Shown piece after piece: positions 8,652 through 16,012 of a DNA stretch of 64,000 bases. A program made the translations under genes and the position numbers. The notes below the pieces were generated by a model. The model saw nothing but the letters and a program-made list of their open reading frames with translations. It did no database searches and had not been told where the DNA came from. The stretch spans positions 109,738 through 173,737 of the forward strand of contig CAYMZG010000002.1 in the NCBI GenBank assembly GCA_964394925.1, read 5' to 3'. The number at the start of each line of letters is the position of its first letter. Within the stretch, counting starts at the first letter, position 1. Source of the DNA: an uncultured Candidatus Saccharibacteria bacterium. GTDB lineage: Bacteria; Patescibacteriota; Saccharimonadia; Saccharimonadales; CAYLGV01.

Positions 8652-8939
8652 GTGCCGGAGAATCCTCGGAAAGACGCCTTCAAGGTCCTGATCATGGAGC
8701 GGATGCGGGCCAGCAAGAACCAAGCGGTCGCGAAAGATGACCTGATCGCTCACGGCCGCGCTGAGCGGCCCGAGCTGTTCGATGACGGCGAAGCGTGCTT
8801 CCCCGGTTGCAAGGGCCGGCACCCGAAGTGGCGCCACGAGTTCGATCGGGCAATCTACGACCTCACACAGACGAGACCGCCGAAGATGGAGACTGTCGAG
8901 GGCCGTCGGGGCTTCTACTGGCTGGGGAGAGGTGGCTAG
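8652..8939 (+). CDS. small winged-helix-like protein (Mrr_N-like)
   Basis: GTG 8652 has AGGA 7 nt upstream (alternative ATG at 8694). HPKWRHEFDRAIYDLTQ...GRRGFYWL resembles the N-terminal wHTH of restriction-system proteins. Confidence 0.4.
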   Translation: MPENPRKDAFKVLIMERMRASKNQAVAKDDLIAHGRAERPELFDDGEACFPGCKGRHPKWRHEFDRAIYDLTQTRPPKMETVEGRRGFYWLGRGG

Positions 8940-9361
8940 CGACGGCGCCCACGTCGAGCCGGTCTGATTGCGATCCCGGCGTCAGCCAGGTACTTCCGCA
9001 CGGTCTTGCTGTCGAAGCCGAGCTTGGCCCCCACCTGCTTCAGGCTCAGGCCGCTCTCGTACAGACGGGTTGCTTCCTTGACCTCATCAGGCGACAGCCC
9101 GATTGGCTGTCGACGCGAGACCCCGTGCCGATCAAGGTGTGCCAAGACCGTGCTCTTGCTGATGCCGAACAGCGCCACGAGTTCCTTCACGGTGGCACCC
9201 TCCTGGTACGTCAGGGCCAGTTGGGCGCTCTCATCGTCAGTGAGGCGGCGGTACGGCAGCAGCTTCGGATTGGTACGTGTCGGCCGGTCTGGCATGTTCT
9301 TGGGCACCGGCACGGCCACGAGCGCTTGCAGGGTGTCGAGGTGTTCGCGAAGCTGGCCCAT
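8936..9361 (-). CDS. DNA-binding protein with two resolvase-type HTH repeats (start uncertain: 9361 or 9295)
   Basis: The two HTH units are ATVKELVALFGISKSTVLAHL and LSLKQVGAKLGFDSKTVRKYL. The track ORF start at 9406 runs into low-GC DNA and is unlikely. No catalytic recombinase domain is present. Confidence 0.6.
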   Translation of the reverse strand: MGQLREHLDTLQALVAVPVPKNMPDRPTRTNPKLLPYRRLTDDESAQLALTYQEGATVKELVALFGISKSTVLAHLDRHGVSRRQPIGLSPDEVKEATRLYESGLSLKQVGAKLGFDSKTVRKYLADAGIAIRPARRGRRR

Positions 9362-9493
9362 CAGGAGTACCAATGAAAATGCCTCACAGTAGTGGGGCTT
9401 TTTCATTGATTGAATCGATAAAACCTACAATTGTTACATTCCTCACAGCAATAACTCATATTGTTGTCATACTGTAGTAGTGGAAGGAGTCTT

Positions 9494-9586
9494 ATGAATC
9501 AACTTTCCATCCCCCGCTACTATATTCGGGATGCTGAAACCAACGAGTTATGGTGCTTCGACGCCAAAGCTCTCGCATCTGCGTAG
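9494..9586 (+). CDS. possible 30-aa small ORF
   Basis: ATG 9494 is preceded by GGAAGGAG 5 nt upstream. It encodes MNQLSIPRYYIRDAETNELWCFDAKALASA. It is too short for the ORF track and no homology was recognised. Confidence 0.2.
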   Translation: MNQLSIPRYYIRDAETNELWCFDAKALASA

Positions 9587-9675
9587 CGACATAACATACC
9601 GTTACATACAAGCGCATAGTATTTATGCGTGATAGCCGTGTTTTCCCTGCCCCCATCTGTTAAAATAGCTCGGTT

Positions 9676-9765
9676 GGAAGGGTGCAGGAGTGGTTGAACT
9701 GGACGGTCTCGAAAACCGTTGTGCGGGCAACCGTACCGAGGGTTCGAATCCCTCCCCTTCCGCCA
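9676..9765 (+). tRNA. tRNA-Ser (anticodon CGA), CCA encoded
   Basis: Hand-folded cloverleaf. Acceptor GGAAGGG/CCCTTCC, D stem CAG/CTG, anticodon stem ACGGT/ACCGT with loop CTCGAAA. It has a long variable arm, T arm GAGGG-TTCGAAT-CCCTC, discriminator G and CCA. Confidence 0.93.
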
Positions 9766-9918
9766 ATGTTTGTAGCTCAGCCGAAGGCTGGGATATAAAC
9801 ATTGCTGTATGAGGAGGGATGAAGAACCCATGGCACGAAGTGGCAGGGTTCGGCGCAGCGAGGACGCACACAGGTGTTTACACCGAGTACGCCGCAGCAA
9901 AGGAGGCCAAAGGCTGAT

Positions 9919-9937
9919 ATCCCTCCCCTTCCGCCAA
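9919..9937 (+). repeat. 19-bp exact direct repeat of the tRNA-Ser 3' end (att-like)
   Basis: ATCCCTCCCCTTCCGCCAA occurs at 9748-9766 (T arm/acceptor/CCA of the tRNA) and again at 9919-9937. Confidence 0.9.
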
Positions 9938-9992
9938 ACGTGGCAGACTTAGTTTACTGATTGTTACACCTGTACTATAGTAAGCCGTAATT

Positions 9993-10961
9993 ATGCTTGT
10001 GCTTATTTCAATTGCCCTCTTTGTACTCTCAAGCGTTTTTCTTGTTTGGTACCTTCTAGCACACGATCATGGCCCTAAAGAGCCCAAGAGTGGCCTGTTG
10101 GCGGCTGTTGGCTTTGGGGTTCTGGCTGTAATGGCCGCTGCTTGGGCGGAATATGTCTTTATGCGCATGGATCCGTCAGAAACCACTGTTCCAATCGTAT
10201 TGTTTGGATTGGCGATGCTTGTTGGCATTATTGAGGAGCTTTCGAAGTTTGGACCACTTGCCCTGTTCATTCGGAACAAGCCATATTTTAACGAGCACAC
10301 CGATGGCATAATCTATTTTGGTATTGTAGGTCTCACCTTTGGGTTGTTAGAAAATATTGTCTATGCTGTCGTTTATAGTAAAAGTCTTGAGGGTGGACAG
10401 CTGACCGGCATAACCAGGCTATTCGTGTTGCTATTCTTCCATGCCGCCACAACAGGCATTGTGGGCTACTACTATGCCAAGGCGAAAATTCAAAAACAGT
10501 CCATCATAAAGCCACTTATTGCGCTGTTCATATTCGCCACTATTCACGGTGTATATGACTTCATGTTTTTCTTCTCGGCTAGCAGTTATTCTGCCAGCTC
10601 GGGAGAAATAGATGACAACAAAGCAGTATTAATTATTCTGGCAATCGTGAGTGGCTTTATTATCTCGGCGCTGCTCAACACCTTCCTGTTTTTGTATTAT
10701 CGGCGCGCGCAACAGTGGGACGCCAGCATTGGTTTAGCTATAGATCCCAAACTAACCCCCCAAACAACCTATAGCCAGCCGCTGACCGCACAGACCACGG
10801 TGAATTCTGCCCTGCCCGCACAACCGATGGCACCAGCACCCACTCCACTTCAAGCACCAGTTACACCAGCAGCTACAACTGCGACCCCAACCCCTGTTGC
10901 TGCACCGACTCCAACTCAATCTGTTCCGTTTGTTGTGCAGCCACCACAGCCAAGAGCCTAG
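9993..10961 (+). CDS. PrsW-family intramembrane protease with Pro/Thr-rich C-terminal tail
   Basis: Multi-TM protein with EELSKF, FHAATTGIVGYY and HGVYDF motifs typical of PrsW. Confidence 0.7.
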   Translation: MLVLISIALFVLSSVFLVWYLLAHDHGPKEPKSGLLAAVGFGVLAVMAAAWAEYVFMRMDPSETTVPIVLFGLAMLVGIIEELSKFGPLALFIRNKPYFNEHTDGIIYFGIVGLTFGLLENIVYAVVYSKSLEGGQLTGITRLFVLLFFHAATTGIVGYYYAKAKIQKQSIIKPLIALFIFATIHGVYDFMFFFSASSYSASSGEIDDNKAVLIILAIVSGFIISALLNTFLFLYYRRAQQWDASIGLAIDPKLTPQTTYSQPLTAQTTVNSALPAQPMAPAPTPLQAPVTPAATTATPTPVAAPTPTQSVPFVVQPPQPRA

Positions 10962-11035
10962 TTGTTTCGATGTATCAAAGAACGATAGTGTATAGTTAAG
11001 CATAAGTATATTAGTAATAAGTACTCGAGAATCCA

Positions 11036-11974
11036 ATGCCACCAGAAAATCAATCACCAGTGCCGTCGGTGCCACCACAGCAACCTATCACACCACAACC
11101 CCAACCTGCCTACGCGCAGCCTGCGTCGGTTCCGCCACAGGCGCCCATTGCACCACAGGCGCCTGTTGGGCCGACCGCAACACCAATACAGCCTCCATCA
11201 GTTCCAGGTCAGCCACAAATGCAACTAAACCCGGCCTACGGCCACGACAAGCTGGCGGTCGCCAGCTTAGTATTGGGTATTGTTTCCCTGCCTGCTTCTA
11301 TTTTGACCATCTTCACCCTACCTATCCCTATTACAGGCATCGTTCTCGGTATTATTAGCCTTAAACGAAATAAGGGCATGGCAATCGCCGGCATGATATT
11401 GTCTACCATTGGTATCATCTTATCGGTCGCTATCATAGTGTTCAGTATGAGGGCAGCAAGCAACAAGAATGCTACAACTTCCAAGAATAATACTTCATCA
11501 ACCACCGAGACTCAGGACGAGGCCTCGATAGTAAGCTCAAATTGTTACAAATTCTCTTTGCCAAAACCATTCACACAAGCAGACGTCATAAAAAACACAG
11601 ACTGTATCACCGAAGTAATTACTGAAGCAAATGATGACGACATAGTAGTTAACTCATCTACGTCACGCGATGTGCCGGCCAATGAGCTTGATTCGTATCT
11701 CAAGAACGTTGCTGCCACGGCGGAGCGTAAAATGGGAAGTAAGATAAAATTCAATACTCATAGCTTCATAACGCTAGATGGGGTGCGTGCCTACCAGGCA
11801 ACGGCCACAGAAAACAGCGGCCCATACAAGTACGCCGGTTACATAATTGCACTGTCACCAAAGGACTACACTTCGGTTAATGGGTCAAAACTCAGAGCAT
11901 TTATCATTGCCTATGACTCAGCCACCAGCAAGGACAGGCTGGACGAACTTGTTAAATCATGGCATTGGCAGTAA
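11036..11974 (+). CDS. membrane protein: Pro/Gln-rich N-terminus, DUF4190-like TM pair, extracellular domain
   Basis: The TM region LVLGIVSLPASILTIFTLPIPITGIVLGIISLKRNKG...AGMILSTIGIILS is DUF4190-like. Confidence 0.6.
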   Translation: MPPENQSPVPSVPPQQPITPQPQPAYAQPASVPPQAPIAPQAPVGPTATPIQPPSVPGQPQMQLNPAYGHDKLAVASLVLGIVSLPASILTIFTLPIPITGIVLGIISLKRNKGMAIAGMILSTIGIILSVAIIVFSMRAASNKNATTSKNNTSSTTETQDEASIVSSNCYKFSLPKPFTQADVIKNTDCITEVITEANDDDIVVNSSTSRDVPANELDSYLKNVAATAERKMGSKIKFNTHSFITLDGVRAYQATATENSGPYKYAGYIIALSPKDYTSVNGSKLRAFIIAYDSATSKDRLDELVKSWHWQ

Positions 11975-11984
11975 AATAAGTTAC

Positions 11985-12278
11985 ATGGAACAAGCGTATT
12001 CACATCACCACGTTCAGCAAGCTCACCACACCGGTATTGTTATTGGTACGATAATTGGCTCCTGTGCGGTAACCTTCTTGGCGGCTTTGGCTCTTATTAG
12101 CACAAGTCCCAAAGCAGTTCTCCACCCCTTTAACTTGACTTCACAGATCACCATTAAAGACGATACCAAGAACGGCACGCAGCTTGGCGCTACGGGTCAG
12201 TCGTTGTTCTCTGACTTCCGTGGCAGCCAGCGTTCGGCTGGGCCGGCCGGCGCCCCAGCACAAGACTTTACGCGCTAG
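11985..12278 (+). CDS. small single-TM protein
   Basis: ATG 11985 follows the stop of the previous gene. The upstream part of track ORF 11847.. overlaps that gene. Confidence 0.4.
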   Translation: MEQAYSHHHVQQAHHTGIVIGTIIGSCAVTFLAALALISTSPKAVLHPFNLTSQITIKDDTKNGTQLGATGQSLFSDFRGSQRSAGPAGAPAQDFTR

Positions 12279-13392
12279 CCTCTGATTTATCGTCTTTTCG
12301 TTCTTTTGCCTTATCACTCTCGGGTTCGGAGTTGGTTTCGGTGTTTGCTGGTGCTTCAGGTGTGGGTGTGTCTTCCACCTTGGGCCGCGTGAGCCTAACG
12401 AGAAGTAAGATTATGCCACCAGCAGCAAGGAAGATGAGCCCGGTGGTAAGATATATGTTGTTTGTGCTGTTTCCAAGGTTCCGCACCACGTAAATGATAG
12501 TTGTTTGGAAATCGCCCTGGACTTGCTTCACAATGACCCCAGCCGGCGAGCTGACTTGCGAAATCAGGTAACGCACAACAACAGCGCTGACAGTGATAAA
12601 TATGCCCGCACCCAAAAGCGTTCGCCCCACAACAAACACACCTCGTCGTCGTTTATCGTGCAGGAGTATCAGAGAAATGGCTGCGACGAGGGCCAACCCC
12701 GCGAGTATGTAGGGCGCAAGTTTGGTCCATTTGTAGGCTGTCCGTGCCTGGGTGGCGGTTTCGAAAACAGTTTTACCCTGGTTATTTTTTGGGAAATCCT
12801 CTGCCGAGATGGTGGTCTTGTTCAAAAAGTCTTTGTTATTGTTGATTTCGTTCAGTACGGTGCCGCGCAGGCTGTTAATGTCAAAGCCTTGTGGTATACA
12901 ACTAGCCTGAAAAGCATCAATCTTAGAGCCACTAGCCTGCAAGGCGCGCAACTGTGGAATTGTGCAAACTGGCAGCCCTTTTGCGCGCTGAACGGCATAA
13001 TCTCCCAGGGCAGTAGCAACGTTTTGTTTGGTCTGTGCAAGATCTAGCTTAAAGGTTGGATTGGCCTGATTACTATCAAGCCATCCATACATGCCATCAA
13101 TCAGCTGCTCGACCCATAGTTGTATCTGAGCTGGTGGTATTGCCTGTTTGATAGCTGCTCGTATCTCGGGCTGGTCAATTGGTAGGGTGTTGTCTGGGCT
13201 GGCATTTTTCACCGCTGAGTCCAAGGCCTTGTCGACCACCGAGTTATAGATACCACTTCCCTTCAAGGTTGCCTTGATCTTATTGGGAGTCCCAAAGATC
13301 AGCACAATTGGCAGCAGCGCCGCAAACAAAATTATCGATAGCTTAAACACCCCAGATGAGGTTACACGGCCAGCAGTTTTTAATCCATTCAT
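12268..13392 (-). CDS. hypothetical membrane protein (N- and C-terminal TM segments, large external domain)
   Basis: 374-aa ORF with a hydrophobic N-terminus, three C-terminal TM helices and an acidic/Lys-rich tail. Confidence 0.6.
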   Translation of the reverse strand: MNGLKTAGRVTSSGVFKLSIILFAALLPIVLIFGTPNKIKATLKGSGIYNSVVDKALDSAVKNASPDNTLPIDQPEIRAAIKQAIPPAQIQLWVEQLIDGMYGWLDSNQANPTFKLDLAQTKQNVATALGDYAVQRAKGLPVCTIPQLRALQASGSKIDAFQASCIPQGFDINSLRGTVLNEINNNKDFLNKTTISAEDFPKNNQGKTVFETATQARTAYKWTKLAPYILAGLALVAAISLILLHDKRRRGVFVVGRTLLGAGIFITVSAVVVRYLISQVSSPAGVIVKQVQGDFQTTIIYVVRNLGNSTNNIYLTTGLIFLAAGGIILLLVRLTRPKVEDTPTPEAPANTETNSEPESDKAKERKDDKSEASA

Positions 13393-13438
13393 AAGCGTTA
13401 TTGTACGCTACTCGTCCAATCTCGCGTACAATACCAAT

Positions 13439-13831
13439 ATGGAAGATTCAGTTTTTACGAAAATTATCAAAGGTGAGCTACCCTGTCATAAGGTGTACGA
13501 AGACAAGCAGACAATCGCCTTCCTGCCACTGCAAATGAGTGGACAGGGGCATGTTTTGGTTGTACCCAAGCTCCAGGTCGACCAATTTTTTGAGCTACCC
13601 GACGAAGATTATGCCGCCCTCATGCGGTCGGTAAAAAAGGTTGCCCAGCGCATGAATGATGTACTACAAACCAAACGAATAGGCATTCAGGTGGTGGGTC
13701 TCGATGTGCCGCACGTGCATTATCATGTAATTGCATTCGACACCCTCGAAGAATATCTATCACACCCCGACGAAAGTTTAGAGCCAGACCACGCAGCCCT
13801 GGCAGACATGGCCAAACGTCTGGCATTCTAG
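13439..13831 (+). CDS. HIT-family (histidine triad) protein
   Basis: MEDSVFTKIIKGELP N-terminus and the triad motif VPHVHYHVI. Confidence 0.85.
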   Translation: MEDSVFTKIIKGELPCHKVYEDKQTIAFLPLQMSGQGHVLVVPKLQVDQFFELPDEDYAALMRSVKKVAQRMNDVLQTKRIGIQVVGLDVPHVHYHVIAFDTLEEYLSHPDESLEPDHAALADMAKRLAF

Positions 13832-13843
13832 TACACTGAGGAT

Positions 13844-14023
13844 ATGTTTTCTAATCTCACTATTGGGCTTATTGCAGGCATCGGCTGCGGCGGCTGGATT
13901 TACAGCAAGATTTACCGCTCAAGCGGGGGTAATACCCGTAATGCGCTTGTTGTCGCGGCGGCGAGTGGTCTCGGAGTCATGGTTCTCGTGGTGATCATTC
14001 TAGGCATTATTTTTAAGAAGTAA
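13844..14023 (+). CDS. 59-aa two-TM small membrane protein
   Basis: ATG 13844 is preceded by GAGGA. It is just below the track length cutoff. Two hydrophobic segments. Confidence 0.45.
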   Translation: MFSNLTIGLIAGIGCGGWIYSKIYRSSGGNTRNALVVAAASGLGVMVLVVIILGIIFKK

Positions 14024-14096
14024 TCCCAACACTTGGTGGTATCAAACGGCTAGTTTGGCCTTGGATTTTGTGCCAAAAACAGGTAGTATAAGGCTA

Positions 14097-14957
14097 ATGG
14101 ATGAGGTGGGATTAGGCCAACGCCTACAGGCGGCCCGTAAAGATGCAGGTTTAACGCAGCAAGAGCTGTGTCATAAAGCCGGCCTCAGTTATTCGACGCT
14201 TGCCAAAATAGAGCGTGGGGCTATTAAGGCACCCTCGATTTTCACTATTCAGGCTATTGCCGCCGCACTCAACACCTCACTAAGTGCCCTCATGGGCGAA
14301 GCAGTCGCTGTTTCACCACTAAAGAAGCGTTATATTTCTAAGAGTGGTGTGAGCTTTGTGTACTTCGATATTAACGGTTGTTTGGTGCGCTTTTTCCACC
14401 GTGCCTTCACTAAATTGGCTCACGACACGGGTGCTTCGGCCGATGTTATCGAAACGACCTTTTGGCACTATAACGACGCCGTATGTCGCGGTGAGATGAG
14501 TCTCGATGAGTTCAACCAGGCCATGAGCAAGCAGCTTGGTGTGCCCTACCTCAACTGGATGGACTATTACCTGGATGCTGTTGATCCGATTCAAGAGATG
14601 CACGAACTGGCCAACTGGGCCAGCGAGTACTACGCTGTTGGGCTGTTAAGTAACATTATGCCCGGTTTTATTGATGCTATGCTCGAGCGTGAGCTACTGC
14701 CTCGCATTCCTTACACAGCAATTATCGATTCATCTAAAACAGGGGCAATAAAGCCCGAGAGTGAGATTTACGAAGCAGCGCAACACTACACCGACTGCCC
14801 TCCCGAGGAGATCTTGCTGGTAGACGATTCTCGCTCCAACATCATGGCCGCCGAGCGCATGGGCTGGCACGTGTTGTGGTTCGACGATTTTCGCCCCGAG
14901 GAATCAGCAGCTCGTGTTAAAGACTCACTTGAGCCAGATCACGAACGCCAGTCGTAA
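14097..14957 (+). CDS. XRE-type HTH domain fused to a HAD-like hydrolase domain
   Basis: N-terminal LGQRLQAARKDAGLTQQELCHKAGLSYSTLAKIERG. C-terminal HAD-like LLSN...KPE...LLVDDS. Confidence 0.65.
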   Translation: MDEVGLGQRLQAARKDAGLTQQELCHKAGLSYSTLAKIERGAIKAPSIFTIQAIAAALNTSLSALMGEAVAVSPLKKRYISKSGVSFVYFDINGCLVRFFHRAFTKLAHDTGASADVIETTFWHYNDAVCRGEMSLDEFNQAMSKQLGVPYLNWMDYYLDAVDPIQEMHELANWASEYYAVGLLSNIMPGFIDAMLERELLPRIPYTAIIDSSKTGAIKPESEIYEAAQHYTDCPPEEILLVDDSRSNIMAAERMGWHVLWFDDFRPEESAARVKDSLEPDHERQS

Positions 14958-14960
14958 ACA

Positions 14961-14989
14961 TTGACCAATCAAGCACAAGCTGTTAATAT
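14961..14989 (+). promoter_or_regulatory. near-consensus sigma-70-type promoter (TTGACC-17 nt-TAATAT)
   Basis: TTGACC at 14961-14966, a 17-nt spacer, and TAATAT at 14984-14989. The predicted transcription start is about 14996, at the ATG of the leader ORF. Confidence 0.45.
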
Positions 14990-14996
14990 ACGCCGC

Positions 14997-15068
14997 ATGT
15001 CACACATAAACACAGTTCAGACCTATCTAGTCCCCTACTATTCGGCGGACTATTTCACTGTGTCATAA
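14997..15068 (+). CDS. candidate leaderless 23-aa Tyr/Phe-rich leader peptide upstream of phhA
   Basis: MSHINTVQTYLVPYYSADYFTVS has 4 Tyr and 1 Phe codons. It lies between the promoter and the terminator, directly upstream of the aromatic amino acid hydroxylase gene. Confidence 0.3.
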   Translation: MSHINTVQTYLVPYYSADYFTVS

Positions 15069-15091
15069 AAATACACAACAAGACGAAGCGT

Positions 15092-15117
15092 AAACCGCCG
15101 AAACGGCGGTTTTTTTA
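15092..15117 (+). terminator. intrinsic terminator / attenuator hairpin
   Basis: Stem AACCGCCG / CGGCGGTT with loop AAA, followed by seven T residues. It sits 20 nt upstream of the phhA ATG. Confidence 0.75.
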
Positions 15118-15136
15118 ATTCTACAAGGAGAAAACT

Positions 15137-15937
15137 ATGAAAGTTTCATTACGACAAGCAGAAATAATTGCTATGGCGGCTGGCCCGGATAGTGAGCCGG
15201 CGCACATAGAATACACCCTCGAGGAGAACCAAACATGGCAAACCATTACAGGGGCGTTATCGCCAATGTGGCAAGAACACGCGGCCGAAAGAGTGCTCGA
15301 GGCAAGCGCAACTCTGTCACTGCCCACCGATCACATCCCACAGCTTACCGATGTTACTGAGGTACTCAAACAACACACAGGATTCATATTTCGTGCGGTT
15401 GGTGGTCTTGCCCCGCGCCAAGCCTTCTTCAGTGGTTTAGCGGAGCAACAATTCTTATCGACGCAATTTATTCGTGGCGCGAGCAGTCCCTTTTACACCG
15501 AGCAACCCGATGTAGTACACGAGCTTCTTGGTCATGCTACCCTGTTGGCTGATCGTGACTTTGCTGAACTGCATAGACAGGCCGGCGCAGCACTAACAAG
15601 GGTCGAGACGGAAGCGGCCAAACAGTTCATTGCCAACGTATGGTGGTTTTCGGGTGAATTTGGCGTCACGCGTAACGGCGGTCGTGTTAAGGCGGTTGGA
15701 GCGGGCATACTATCTTCGCTCAATGAGCTTGAACACGCCAGCGTAGCGGAATTGGCGCCACTCGACCCCGTGGCCATGGGCGTACAGGCTTACCGAATCG
15801 ATCACCTACAACCAAAGCTGTTCGCGGCCGAGTCATGCGAACACCTGATCAACGAAGTTGGTAGTTTTTTTGATGCCGTTTCTGATGGCGCAGTGCTGAA
15901 CATAATGAAGGAGAAATTCAATGGAACCACTAGCTAA
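15137..15937 (+). CDS. phhA: aromatic amino acid hydroxylase (phenylalanine 4-monooxygenase-like)
   Basis: VHELLGHATLLADRDFAELHRQAG and WFSGEFGV motifs. RBS AAGGAG upstream. Confidence 0.8.
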   Translation: MKVSLRQAEIIAMAAGPDSEPAHIEYTLEENQTWQTITGALSPMWQEHAAERVLEASATLSLPTDHIPQLTDVTEVLKQHTGFIFRAVGGLAPRQAFFSGLAEQQFLSTQFIRGASSPFYTEQPDVVHELLGHATLLADRDFAELHRQAGAALTRVETEAAKQFIANVWWFSGEFGVTRNGGRVKAVGAGILSSLNELEHASVAELAPLDPVAMGVQAYRIDHLQPKLFAAESCEHLINEVGSFFDAVSDGAVLNIMKEKFNGTTS

Positions 15938-16004
15938 TATCAGTGCCAAGCAGCAACCGGCGGTAATTGCCGAACGAATTGGGCACTTACTCGCCAAGCT
16001 ATAA
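15921..16004 (+). CDS. possible 27-aa small ORF overlapping the phhA 3' end
   Basis: ATG 15921 is preceded by GAAGGAG. It encodes MEPLANISAKQQPAVIAERIGHLLAKL. No homology recognised. Confidence 0.2.
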   Translation: MEPLANISAKQQPAVIAERIGHLLAKL

Positions 16005-16012
16005 TCCGCTTG

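Noticed and set aside
9520-9900. ORFs 9520..9900 (-) and 9623..9871 (-) run across the tRNA-Ser gene.
   Set aside because: They run antisense through a well-folded tRNA and its flanks. This is almost certainly spurious.
9748-9937. I considered the 19-bp tRNA-3'-end direct repeat as the att boundary of the high-GC island.
   Set aside because: The geometry is wrong. The repeats bracket only 153 bp downstream of the tRNA, whereas the high-GC DNA lies upstream of the tRNA 5' end. I saw no copy of the repeat inside 1-9400.
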